A stretch of 64,000 nt of DNA from Acidobacteriaceae bacterium (GTDB lineage: Bacteria; Acidobacteriota; Terriglobia; Terriglobales; Acidobacteriaceae), in contig PLHW01000026.1 in NCBI GenBank assembly GCA_003139095.1, positions 13,602-77,601 on the forward strand. Direction: 5' to 3'. The notes beneath the pieces were generated by a model. It saw only the letters and a program-made list of their open reading frames with translations. It had not been told where the DNA came from and ran no database searches. This document shows positions 28,821-38,248 of the stretch, one piece after another. Position 1 is the stretch's first letter. Every line of letters starts with the position of its first letter. Made by a program: the position numbers and the translations under genes.

Positions 28821-31262
28821 TTAGCGGTGCCCGCCTCGGCCGCCGCCGCCGTGCGAACCGCCGCCGCCGTGCGACGATCCGCCACCGTGGCTGCCACCTG
28901 AACTTGGCGCATGGCCGCCGCCGTAACTTGGCGCGCGTCCGCCCCCGTAACTTGGCGCGCGTCCGCCCCCGTAACTTGGGGCTCGGCTGCCGCCGTAACC
29001 GGGATAGCCGGATGGGCGTCCGCCGTACGGATTGCCGTAGGAACGCGGCGACACGATCGGCTGCCTCATGTTGAGGGGCGGCCGCGAACTGCCGTAGGAT
29101 CGCCCTTCAGAGCCTCGGCCTTGTGGGCCTGAGGGTCCGCGAGACTGGCCGTAGGAGCCGCGTTCTCCGCCGGGTGTACCTGCCGAATGGCCCGTTGACT
29201 CCTGTGCCGGAGAGCGCGGCGCCATCGGCGTAAAGCTGTGCCAGCCGCCGTTGTTGGCTGCGCCACCCTCGCGTCCGGCCATGGTGCCCGGGGAATTACC
29301 GGGCCTCGATGCCGGACCAGTGTTGCCGCGTGACTCCAGCGTTGAGCGCGAACCCTGCTGGCCGGATCGACCCGATTCCCGTGAACCCGGTGCGGTCGTG
29401 CTGTTGTTCCGGCTTTCCGCGCCGCGATTCTCCAAGCTGCGCGAATTGCCATTCACCGGGGAAACGCCATTTTGCCGCATCGCACTTGAGATCTGCGCCT
29501 GCTCGCGGGTGAAAGAGCGTCCCGAGGTTGCGGTGGTCGTGCCATGCGTCGAGAAGAAACGCTGATTGCCGCCGCTATTACGAAGCGTGCTGGCAGCCGC
29601 CGGCCGTCCGCTGGCGCTCAAACTCGCGCGGCTCGGAGTAACCGGCAGATTGCCCGTGGCAAAATGAGCATTCTGCAAGGCGGAATGATTTACAGGTTGG
29701 AAGCCCGCGCGCCCTTTGCCAAATTGACTGGAGGACACGCCGACCGCGCGGAAATGCGGGTCATTCTGAGCCGACCGTACATTTGAGAAGCGCGAGCCGC
29801 CATGCAGCGGCGCGAACCCGCCGCGGTTGTAGCCTCCCCAACCGGTATAGCCGAAGCGACCGCCCCAGCGTCCCCACCAGGGGTGGAAGTAATCACACGG
29901 CCCAATTGGGAACCAGCCGATCGATCCCCAGCCCCAGCCGAATCCAACGCCGAAGCCGCCACCGTAGCCGAAGAACGAGACGTAAGCCGGCGCCCACAGC
30001 GGACGATAGTACGGATAGCCATACACCGGTCCCGGCCACCATCCCCACGCGCCGTTGTATTGGAACCAGCGGCCATAGTGATAGGGCGCCCAGCCCCAGG
30101 CCTCATTGGAAACCCAAGTCCATCCCCAGTAAGGCTCCCAGACCCAGCTGCCGGAGCTGTAGGGAACCCAATCGGGGCCAACGCCATTGGGGAACCACGC
30201 TGAGCCGTAGTCGGGCACATCGCGCCAGTTGCCGTAATTGTCGAGGTCCTGCGAGCCGACGTAATAGTCGTTGGTGTGGCCGCGCGAGACCGAGCCGCGG
30301 ATCATGCGGTCGCGATCGGTATTCCACTGATCCCAGTCATCGCGCGCCGGCGCATCGCCGATTCGATATTGCGTCTGATCGCCCGCGCCACGAATGGTAA
30401 TGAACTGATTCTCGCCCACGCGTGTGCCGCCCTGGGGAGTCGTGATCTCAACCTCGCCGCGACGCACCAGCACCTCGGTGTGATCGTCGGCGGTCACCAG
30501 AATGCGGAAACTCGACGCGCGCCGCTCGGTGCGAATCGCCACGTTGGGCGTATCGATCTCGGCGTCCGCATCGCTGTTGCCGAGCACGGTGTAATTCGCC
30601 ATGCCGTGGCCCAGCTGAATTTGAATGTGCTTGCGACTCAGGCCGTTAATGTTCGCCTGCGTGTGCTCAGACAGGCGAAGGATGTTGGCATAGTCAAGTT
30701 GCAGTTCGGTACGCGCTTTGTCGCCGGTGGAAACCTTGTCGCCGGCCATCAGAGGAGCGTTCAACTGCGCCGCCGACCAGTCGCCGGAATCGCCGCGTTG
30801 CGTGGAAACGTCGCCGTGAATCAGGCTGACGCGCGCCACGCCGTTCTTGTCGGAGTTTTCATTCGAAGTGCCGGAGTTCCCAGATCCTTCCTCGTTATAG
30901 GCGGGGCCGGAGTTCGGGGCTCCCGGGCCGTAGGGCCCGATGTTCGGACTCGGCTTGGGTGGAATTTCGCTCCACGGCTCGCGGTCGCTAGGCGCCTGCG
31001 TGGAGTCTCGTCCGCCTGGAGCAGGCTGCGCCGAACCCTGGTCCTGCATCATGTCTTGATCCTGCTCGGGGCTTTGATCCTGCATCTGGCTCTGATCTTG
31101 CATTTGGTCTTGACCCGGGCTCTGCATCTGGTCTTGCGGCGGAGCCGGATTCTGTGAAGAGTCAGGATTCTGCGCGCTGATCGACCCGGACAGCGTCAGC
31201 AGAAGTCCCACTATAAGTGCGATGATGAAGCTCTCACTTCGCGTCATGAATTTGAACTGCAT
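28821..31262 (-). CDS. secreted FecR-like domain protein with a Trp/Tyr/Gly-rich repeat region and a Gly/Ser/Arg-rich tail
   Basis: Trimmed to the ATG at 31262. Signal/anchor FIIALIVGLLLTLSGSISAQ. FecR-like beta segment (VSLIHGDVSTQRGDSG..GDKVSTGDKARTELQLD). YxWGxW-type block (WGWTWVSNEAWGWAPYHYGRWF..). Tail (GGGRAPSY)n. Confidence 0.75.
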   Translation of the reverse strand: MQFKFMTRSESFIIALIVGLLLTLSGSISAQNPDSSQNPAPPQDQMQSPGQDQMQDQSQMQDQSPEQDQDMMQDQGSAQPAPGGRDSTQAPSDREPWSEIPPKPSPNIGPYGPGAPNSGPAYNEEGSGNSGTSNENSDKNGVARVSLIHGDVSTQRGDSGDWSAAQLNAPLMAGDKVSTGDKARTELQLDYANILRLSEHTQANINGLSRKHIQIQLGHGMANYTVLGNSDADAEIDTPNVAIRTERRASSFRILVTADDHTEVLVRRGEVEITTPQGGTRVGENQFITIRGAGDQTQYRIGDAPARDDWDQWNTDRDRMIRGSVSRGHTNDYYVGSQDLDNYGNWRDVPDYGSAWFPNGVGPDWVPYSSGSWVWEPYWGWTWVSNEAWGWAPYHYGRWFQYNGAWGWWPGPVYGYPYYRPLWAPAYVSFFGYGGGFGVGFGWGWGSIGWFPIGPCDYFHPWWGRWGGRFGYTGWGGYNRGGFAPLHGGSRFSNVRSAQNDPHFRAVGVSSSQFGKGRAGFQPVNHSALQNAHFATGNLPVTPSRASLSASGRPAAASTLRNSGGNQRFFSTHGTTTATSGRSFTREQAQISSAMRQNGVSPVNGNSRSLENRGAESRNNSTTAPGSRESGRSGQQGSRSTLESRGNTGPASRPGNSPGTMAGREGGAANNGGWHSFTPMAPRSPAQESTGHSAGTPGGERGSYGQSRGPSGPQGRGSEGRSYGSSRPPLNMRQPIVSPRSYGNPYGGRPSGYPGYGGSRAPSYGGGRAPSYGGGRAPSYGGGHAPSSGGSHGGGSSHGGGGSHGGGGRGGHR
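28901..28996 (-). repeat. in-frame 24-bp tandem repeat, 4 copies
   Basis: Units AACTTGGCGCGCGTCCGCCCCCGT at 28901, 28925, 28949 and 28973. The two central copies are identical. They encode GGGRAPSY. Confidence 0.9.
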
Positions 31263-31333
31263 AAATGCCTCCACCCCTGGTACGAAACGAACGTAAACAA
31301 ACAACCTGCACAAAGAACGACCACCCATGGAAA

Positions 31334-31349
31334 GGCACGTCGCGTGCCA
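31334..31349 (-). promoter_or_regulatory. candidate sigma-54 promoter
   Basis: The minus strand reads TGGCACGCGACGTGCC: a perfect TGGCACG -24 box and correct GG-N10-GC spacing, with -12 GTGC instead of TTGC. It is about 75 nt upstream of the ATG at 31262. Confidence 0.35.
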
Positions 31350-31683
31350 AGCTCGCAACCCAGCCGCTCGCAATTTAACCAATTTATTTTTATGGAGTTA
31401 CGTCGGCCGAGTTCAGTCTGTGGAATTCGCGGCGTTCGCGTTTCGGTGGCCGCAATCCACCAGTTGGTGCTTTTCGGCCACGTATAGACGCGGAATCAAG
31501 AGAGAGAGAGAAAGCAGGCTGCCTCAATCCGCGCGTTCCACGAAAAGTGTCGAACTACCGTAACTTTTTCCGCATTCGCGCGCATGATAATCTGCGATTA
31601 CTGCTGAACTTTCAGTGCGTTGGAGGCATCCGCCGCGTTCCTAAAAACCCGCCGGCTCCGAGTCAATCGTCCGGCCGCTCAAT

Positions 31684-33948
31684 GTGCCGATGCCAAAGCT
31701 CCCCATCTTCCGCCTGCGCAACTCTGAAGCGTCACCGCCGCCCGATCTCCGGCGCTATCAGCCGGCCTTAACCTTCGGCGATCTCCAGCTCGGTGTCGAC
31801 AATCTTCGCTACGACATTCTGCTGGGCGGGCATTTCACCGGCGAACTGAGCCTGCACCTAGCGCGCTACCTTTGCCACTTTGGCGAGGTCGAGTCGCTCT
31901 TTGAGGTCGAAGTCCCCACTGCAACGCAAACGAAGTTCATACGCAATCGCGAACCGGAAACCACGAAGCCTCGCAAACGCGGCCCGACGGACCTGAAAAC
32001 GCTGCTGATTTCGATTCACCAGACGATTCTGACGCGCGCCAAGGCCGAGCAAAACCCGTCCATCGATCTGCTCGGCCGGCTTGCCGTACTGAAATTTCTG
32101 CGCGCCGAGTTGCAATCGCAGTTCTCCAAAATCCTCGAACAATGCCGCCTCAAGTCGAAGTCGCTGGAGGGATTCCGGCAATCGAAGATGCTCCAGATGC
32201 AGGAGCTGGTCTCGTCCTTCCAGGTCCACAAAAAAATAATCGTGCGCCGCGCCGCGCAGGAATTGTTTCTTTTGCTTCGCGAGATCGAAAAAGAAACTCT
32301 GGCGCGGACCCGCCGGTCTCTGCTGGGCGAGACGAAAAACGACTGCTACCGCCTGTTTCAGAACCCGCTGATTTTCACCGATGACGGCCGCGACGATTAT
32401 CTCTGCGCCGAGCACTATTACATGTTCGGCAATTTCGACCGCGACCCTGACCGCTTTCCCGTTCTTCGCCAGTTGGCGCTCGATTTTCTGCGCGAACTTG
32501 GGTATGGGGATGCGCTCGACGATAAGCACTTTGACCAGGCCCTGAATGTTCCCGAAAATGCCCTTGCGCTGGTCGGAACGGGCAATGGGGAAGACGCCAC
32601 GGCCGAGGATCGTCACCGCAAAAATCGCCTCAATCTCTGGACCACCATGTTGCAGCGCGCCGGCGTGCTGCCGCACGTGATTGCTTCGTATGAAGCGGTG
32701 CCGCTGCTGGGCGATTACGCGCGCCGCGTGAATCCGCAGCAGCTCAAGTACGCTCTGATCGACCGCGAGGAAGCCGCGCGGGTGGAAAAAATCATCAACG
32801 AAGCCCGCCTGCATCCGGATCGCCTGTTCGCGGCCATCGCGCGCGTTTCCTCCTGCCGCGGCACAGAGCGCGAGCGCTTTGCCGCCCGCCTGCTCCACGA
32901 TCTTTTTTGCTATCACCGCGATCTGCGCGGCCTGGAAGCCGTGAGCGCCGGATTCGACAACATCAACCTGGTCAGCGACGATAAAGTCCGCGCCCTTTCC
33001 TCGCTCAACGGCATGCTCTACGAGTTTCTGCCTGCCGAGGACCAGAAACCGGTTAGCGATCGCGTGCTGCATCACGTGGTGCTCAAGGCCGATATTCGCG
33101 ACTCGTCCCGCCTGACGCGCTCGCTCATGGAGCGAGGCTTGAACGCCGCTTCCTACTTCAGCCTGAATTTCTACGACCCTATCAATAAGCTGCTGGCAAA
33201 ATACAACGCCACCAAGGTCTTCCTCGAAGGCGACGCCATTATCGTTGCCCTGATCGAGCGCGAGGGAGAGCCTACGCTCGGCGTCGCGCACGCCTGCGTG
33301 CTGGCGTGGGAGATCATCAATCTCCTCCGCGGTTACAACGAACTCCTGACACAGTCCGGGCTGCCGCCCATGGAAGTCGGCCTCGGCATCGCCTATCAGG
33401 ATTCCGCGCCGCTTTACCTCATGGATGGCGAGCATCGGATCATGATCTCCGACGCCATTAATGAGAGCGACCGCCTTTCCTCGTGCAGCAAACGCATTCG
33501 GAAGAAGCTGGCAGCCGACGCCGGCGCTTTCCAGGTCTATCGCTTCGACGCAGGCGGCCATCAGGATGGCAGCAATCCCGAAGCCGGCGGGGAGGATTTG
33601 CGGCTGAGCTACAACGTCGGTGGAATTTGCCTCAGCCAACCCGCCTTCGGCAAATTGCAGGAGGAAATTGCGCTGGCGCCCTGCTTTGTGGATCGGGCAT
33701 CCGATTCCACCCGGCAGTCTTTCATCAACTCATGGACCGATCCGCAGAGCGAATTTTTCCTCGGCACGGTGCCGCTGACGAGTGGAATGTTTCGCAAGAT
33801 TGTGATCCGCAAAAGCCGCATTGCCGAGGTTGAGGTTCGCGATCTCTCCATCCTGCAATGGACGGACTGCTTCTATTACGAAGTCTGCGCGAATCCGGCG
33901 GTGTATGCCGCGCTGCCGGGAGAGAAAACAGCGGCCTCCAAACCCTAA
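31684..33948 (+). CDS. large cytoplasmic protein with a class III nucleotidyl-cyclase-like core (aa ~462-605)
   Basis: 754-aa ORF (GTG at 31684, or ATG at 31690). Motifs VLKADIRDSSRL / FLEGDAIIVAL / VGLGIAYQDSAPLYL / ISDAINESDRLSS are collinear with cyclase homology domain motifs. The N-terminal 460 aa and C-terminal 100 aa are unrecognised. No signal peptide or TM segment. Confidence 0.7.
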   Translation: MPMPKLPIFRLRNSEASPPPDLRRYQPALTFGDLQLGVDNLRYDILLGGHFTGELSLHLARYLCHFGEVESLFEVEVPTATQTKFIRNREPETTKPRKRGPTDLKTLLISIHQTILTRAKAEQNPSIDLLGRLAVLKFLRAELQSQFSKILEQCRLKSKSLEGFRQSKMLQMQELVSSFQVHKKIIVRRAAQELFLLLREIEKETLARTRRSLLGETKNDCYRLFQNPLIFTDDGRDDYLCAEHYYMFGNFDRDPDRFPVLRQLALDFLRELGYGDALDDKHFDQALNVPENALALVGTGNGEDATAEDRHRKNRLNLWTTMLQRAGVLPHVIASYEAVPLLGDYARRVNPQQLKYALIDREEAARVEKIINEARLHPDRLFAAIARVSSCRGTERERFAARLLHDLFCYHRDLRGLEAVSAGFDNINLVSDDKVRALSSLNGMLYEFLPAEDQKPVSDRVLHHVVLKADIRDSSRLTRSLMERGLNAASYFSLNFYDPINKLLAKYNATKVFLEGDAIIVALIEREGEPTLGVAHACVLAWEIINLLRGYNELLTQSGLPPMEVGLGIAYQDSAPLYLMDGEHRIMISDAINESDRLSSCSKRIRKKLAADAGAFQVYRFDAGGHQDGSNPEAGGEDLRLSYNVGGICLSQPAFGKLQEEIALAPCFVDRASDSTRQSFINSWTDPQSEFFLGTVPLTSGMFRKIVIRKSRIAEVEVRDLSILQWTDCFYYEVCANPAVYAALPGEKTAASKP

Positions 33949-34075
33949 TAAGCCCAAGTTCAGCGTGGCGCGTTCGCCTTGGGGGCGCCCCTCCGAAGTT
34001 CACAATCTGTAACGATTCCTTCTAACTCGTCACTATCCTCCAAAGCCACCAGATAGTGCTTGGGAGGGTAGGAAA

Positions 34076-35917
34076 ATGACAAAGTCCAGAATTTTGGTTC
34101 TGACGATGTTGCTGGCCACGATCGCGATGACGATGGTGTTTACCGCGTGCCCGACAACGCCGCCGCTGAATCCGCTGACCCTGCTGCCAACTGACGCCAG
34201 TGCCACGTGCACGGTTACGCCCGCAGTATTTAAGACCTGGTTCCAATCGGGGAGCGTTACCTTGAACGGCGTCGTAAATCCCGCGAACAGCGTGACCTTC
34301 CCGAACGTTCCTAACTGCAGCTTCTATCAGTGGGCGGAGCAGGATTTTCTGTGGTTGACTTCTCCGGCTCCGGCAACTTACGGCGGAGGCGGTGGACTAA
34401 TCGTCGATTCGCCGACCTTCTATGACGTCTCGCCCCCTGCGGCGGACGGCAGCCGCGCCTTCCTCCCACATACGTCGGGTCTCATCCGGCCGTTTGCCTT
34501 GCGCTCTGCACAAGCCGACGCACAGGGCTTGCAAATGACTTTCGATTCGTCGGGAACACCGATCCAGGTGAAAGCCGCCGAGCGGGAAGCGACGCCGCTC
34601 GTCCTCAACAGTGCCGGCCAGCAGGTACAGGTTGCGCATGCGAGACGTGGACCCAATGGTAAACCGATCCTGCTGGACCGCAACGGCAGTGTCATCGAAT
34701 TGCAGTTCGTCAAAGGGATAAGACCGGAAGCGAAAGCGCAGATTGGCAACGCGGAAATACCCACGATGATCACGGCGCAAAAATTCATCATCGACGGGAT
34801 CCCGATCTTTATCGATCCATCTCTCGAAGTCATCGACGTGGAGCAGGGCGAGGCCGACAGCGGTGTGCTGGAGGCGCAGTCTTCGGCCGGGGGCTCCCTC
34901 GTCTACTACGCGACCATCGTGAACGACGTGTATGCCTACTATGCCACCGGCGTGAAAGATGGCACGATTAGCTCAACCCAGTTCCCGACCAGCGCCGGCG
35001 ATTTGAGCAACATCACGAGCTTTGCGGCGGCGCACGGAAAGACGTTTCCCGATCCCAACGCGCTGGCGATCGAAGTGAAGTCGGCTTGGATAGCGGCCGC
35101 GGGACTACCCAACCTGAGCAGTTACATCACGATGAACGCCACCATCCCCGTCTATAGCCCGGCAGTTCCGCCGCCCGCTGGAACTTCGACGATGACGGCT
35201 ACGGGGGCGCAGCAGACGGTTCAATTGGCGCTGGTTGGCATGCATGTCGTCGGCAGCGCCGCGGGGCATCCGGAGATGATCTGGTCCACGTTTGAGCACG
35301 CGGCCAACGCGCCGGCTGACACCTATTCCTACATCAACACCAGTAACGCAACTGCAACCGTGAATGCGAACGTCGCAAACGTGCCGGTAATCGGAGGCGT
35401 AACCACGAACTGGGTATTCTCGGCCACCACCGCCGGTAACAACGATTCGGCGTTCAACAACCCGAATATGTCCTACCAGTTCCCGCCTTCGCCGGCGACC
35501 ATCAACGCCGTCGCGACTCCGCCGGGAATCGCCCCCAGTAATACCATGCGGTGGAAACCGTTCGGTGCGGCGAGCGATGTTGCGCCCAACCCCATCGATC
35601 CTTCCATCGCGGCCTCGAACACCGAGATCATTTCCATCAACAATAGCGTTGGAGGGATGCTCGCCGCCGGCGACATACGCGGCAACTACGTGATGACCGG
35701 CGCAACCTGGACGATCGGTGGGGCGGCTCCGAACGCCTTTATCGGCGGCAACCAGGTGGGAACGAGTTCATTAGCCAACACTACAATGGAGACTTACGAG
35801 CAAGGCGTGCACAGCAATCCAACCCATCAGGCTGGAGGCTCGAATTGCTTTTCTTGCCACACGAGCAATACGACCAACGTGAGTCACGTGTTCGCAGCGC
35901 TCAAGCCGCTTTTCTAG
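34076..35917 (+). CDS. lipoprotein with a single C-terminal CxxCH motif
   Basis: SD GGGAGGG. Lipobox MVFTAC. 613 aa, rich in Thr/Ala/Asn/Pro. The last 30 aa read GGSNCFSCHTSNTTNVSHVFAALKPLF. Confidence 0.7.
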   Translation: MTKSRILVLTMLLATIAMTMVFTACPTTPPLNPLTLLPTDASATCTVTPAVFKTWFQSGSVTLNGVVNPANSVTFPNVPNCSFYQWAEQDFLWLTSPAPATYGGGGGLIVDSPTFYDVSPPAADGSRAFLPHTSGLIRPFALRSAQADAQGLQMTFDSSGTPIQVKAAEREATPLVLNSAGQQVQVAHARRGPNGKPILLDRNGSVIELQFVKGIRPEAKAQIGNAEIPTMITAQKFIIDGIPIFIDPSLEVIDVEQGEADSGVLEAQSSAGGSLVYYATIVNDVYAYYATGVKDGTISSTQFPTSAGDLSNITSFAAAHGKTFPDPNALAIEVKSAWIAAAGLPNLSSYITMNATIPVYSPAVPPPAGTSTMTATGAQQTVQLALVGMHVVGSAAGHPEMIWSTFEHAANAPADTYSYINTSNATATVNANVANVPVIGGVTTNWVFSATTAGNNDSAFNNPNMSYQFPPSPATINAVATPPGIAPSNTMRWKPFGAASDVAPNPIDPSIAASNTEIISINNSVGGMLAAGDIRGNYVMTGATWTIGGAAPNAFIGGNQVGTSSLANTTMETYEQGVHSNPTHQAGGSNCFSCHTSNTTNVSHVFAALKPLF

Positions 35918-36001
35918 CGCGGCGGCGCGGTAGCAGTTCGATTGCACGGCAGGGCGGAGGACAGTTCGCTCGCGAACGCGACGGTCTTCCCCCGTCCCTG
36001 C

Positions 36002-37711
36002 TCAAAAAGTCCGGCGGGTCCGGAATGGAATCACCACCACGGCTTCGATCGCGACGGGTCTGCCGTCTTTTTCCGCCGGCACAAACTTCCATTGCGACAG
36101 CGCGCTGGTGGCGTAACGATCGAGACGGTCGTCGGGGCTGCTTAACACGCGAATGTCGGCGACCTTCCCATCGGAATGAATCACCGCATACAGAGTGACC
36201 ATGCCGTGCACGTTGGTTCGCATCAACTCCAGCGGATAGCCGGGATCGGTTTTCTCGGTCAGCACCGGCGCCAGCAGCGCCCCTTGTTTTTGATCGGGCT
36301 TCAACTCTGCAAAGCGCAGCACCCAGCTTCCGGTGAACGAATTCAGGTTCGGCATGTTCAGCGTCATCGCGTAAAAGCGGCGATCTCCGAACACCTGCCG
36401 GTCAATGTCCGTAACCTTGTCGTTGGAAACCGCCGAGGCCGGCCGCTGACCGGCGTGCGCTGCCGCGAGTTTGCTTGACGAAATGCCGGCAACTTCGCGC
36501 GCGTCCCCGTCGCCGCCGAGGCCTTCGCCGTCGGTCCCGCCGCCATCGCGCTCAACCTGTCCCGTCGCGCCCGGAACCGCGCCCACGTGCAATCCCGACG
36601 GCAGCGACCCGTTCCCGCGAGCCTTGATCCCACTGCCACTTCCCGACTTCGAACCCAGAATCTCCGGCGTCCCCGAAGCCCCGGCCTTGCCTTTCGGATT
36701 CGCCGAAAAAGTTCCCCGACGATTTCCCTCCGGCACTGCGACGGGCCCGGTGGGCTGCACGGGATGAATTCCCAACGCCAACAATCGCCCTTGCCCTCCG
36801 CCACTGCTCGCCGACGCTAGGCTCGGAGGCGGTGCAACCGCATCCGAACTTCCGGGTAGCCCCCTCCCTCTTCCACCGCGGCCCGCCGTGTGTTGCTCCG
36901 CCACCGTGAACTGCGGAGCCGGCGCCACCACCTGGCTGGGCGCAATGTTCATCATTCCAACTCGCCCCTTCGCCGCTGTCACTTCAGGGGGCGGCTCAAC
37001 CACCGCCGTCTCCGGCCCCGCGATCCCGCGCGCCCGGTCATGACTCACCTCGGGAGGCGGCGCAATCACGTCGGTTCGCAAAGCCCCATTGCTGCGGTCT
37101 CGCGCAAAATTCGCATCCGGCGCCGGCGCCACCACTTGCTGGTCAGGCGCCACGTTGCGCCTCGAAAGCGAGCGCGTCGCATCCAGCGGAACGACCGGAA
37201 CGATCGCTCCCGTGGCGATGATGTTGGGCAAGGGCACATCGTGATCCAGTCTGACGTTCGGAGGCACGACGATGGTTTGCGAGCGGTTGTCCGCTTCGCG
37301 CGGCACGGAGAGAATCGGCTGCCTGGCAAATACCGGATCTCCCGTTTGCGGCTTCGGAGCCACCGGCTCACCGGTATCGAGGGGCGGCAGATATTCTTCC
37401 GGCGAATACGTAATGACCGAAGAGCGGTCAAACGGCGTCGGCCCAAGGATCTTCTGCTGCCTCAGCCACGCAATCGACAGTGCCCAGATCAGCAGCAGCG
37501 CCGTGCCGTGCAACAACGCCGATTGCAGGAATCGTCCCCACGGCAGTTCCTGCTGAACGAATACATCTTTCCAAAGGTCCAATTCCGCGAGCGCCCTCCG
37601 CTCGTTCAGTGGACGCGGCCCCAGGCTCTCCCGCACTCCGTCGCGGAACTCGGCGCTGGCCGGATCATGATCGATCAGCAGCTTGATCAGCTTTTTTGCA
37701 GGGACTGCCAT
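36002..37711 (-). CDS. TonB-family protein (long Pro-rich linker)
   Basis: C-terminal TonB domain (..HGMVTLYAVIHSDGKVADIRVLSS..ALSQWKFVPAEKDGRPV..), a single N-terminal TM (ALLHGTALLLIWALSIAW) and a Pro/Ala-rich middle. ATG at 37711, or GTG at 37726. Confidence 0.75.
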   Translation of the reverse strand: MAVPAKKLIKLLIDHDPASAEFRDGVRESLGPRPLNERRALAELDLWKDVFVQQELPWGRFLQSALLHGTALLLIWALSIAWLRQQKILGPTPFDRSSVITYSPEEYLPPLDTGEPVAPKPQTGDPVFARQPILSVPREADNRSQTIVVPPNVRLDHDVPLPNIIATGAIVPVVPLDATRSLSRRNVAPDQQVVAPAPDANFARDRSNGALRTDVIAPPPEVSHDRARGIAGPETAVVEPPPEVTAAKGRVGMMNIAPSQVVAPAPQFTVAEQHTAGRGGRGRGLPGSSDAVAPPPSLASASSGGGQGRLLALGIHPVQPTGPVAVPEGNRRGTFSANPKGKAGASGTPEILGSKSGSGSGIKARGNGSLPSGLHVGAVPGATGQVERDGGGTDGEGLGGDGDAREVAGISSSKLAAAHAGQRPASAVSNDKVTDIDRQVFGDRRFYAMTLNMPNLNSFTGSWVLRFAELKPDQKQGALLAPVLTEKTDPGYPLELMRTNVHGMVTLYAVIHSDGKVADIRVLSSPDDRLDRYATSALSQWKFVPAEKDGRPVAIEAVVVIPFRTRRTF

Positions 37712-37928
37712 CCTGTATCCAAGCACCCTTTTTCGAAGTTTCGATGGGGCGCGACTGCGGCCTATATTCGAGGGTTCGGCGTTCGATCCAGTCGGCTCTC
37801 TTTCCGAGGATTATACGGGAAATGGAAGGGACAGCAAGGGACGGAAGTCCAGATTTGAAGGGAGGGAGCTTCTTCGGGGCCAGGCGTTCGGCCCGGTCCA
37901 TTTGGGCCGCTTGAAGATTTTCGAGCGC

Positions 37929-38162
37929 TCAACCCACGAGCGACGTGCACTCCATGTCAATCGGCACGGTGATCACCACACCATTCTCCACCACCACTTT
38001 CAGCACCTGGCTGCACGTGCCACAAAGCCAGTACTCGTCAACCTTGCGTTCCGGGTGGGGTTGATCGGAGTGCGACAGCAGAGGGTCGACCGAAAAGAAA
38101 CGCCCACCGACGGCATGACCGAAAGGGATTCGGCAAGCGGGATTCAGGCAATGGGAAATCAT
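37929..38162 (-). CDS. small Cys4 protein (77 aa)
   Basis: Trimmed to the ATG at 38162. MISHCLNPACRIPFGHAVGGRFFSV...YWLCGTCSQVLKVV has a CxxxxC ... CxxC arrangement. No family name known to me. Confidence 0.5.
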   Translation of the reverse strand: MISHCLNPACRIPFGHAVGGRFFSVDPLLSHSDQPHPERKVDEYWLCGTCSQVLKVVVENGVVITVPIDMECTSLVG

Positions 38163-38248
38163 GGCAACACTCCTCGGATGAAGTCCGGGCTTTTGAACCC
38201 ATCCTGCGGTGACGAACTTGCGGCTCCGCAACGCGGCCCGCGAAAGAG

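Noticed and set aside
31498-31514. (GA)n microsatellite AAGAGAGAGAGAGAAAG in the divergent intergenic region
   Set aside because: It is short (about 6 units) and imperfect, with no obvious link to a promoter element. Noted only as low complexity.
31858-33639. 593-aa ORF antisense to the 754-aa cyclase-like gene
   Set aside because: It has no motifs and an Arg/Ala/Gln-rich composition. The sense frame has coherent domain motifs and start context. Shadow ORF.
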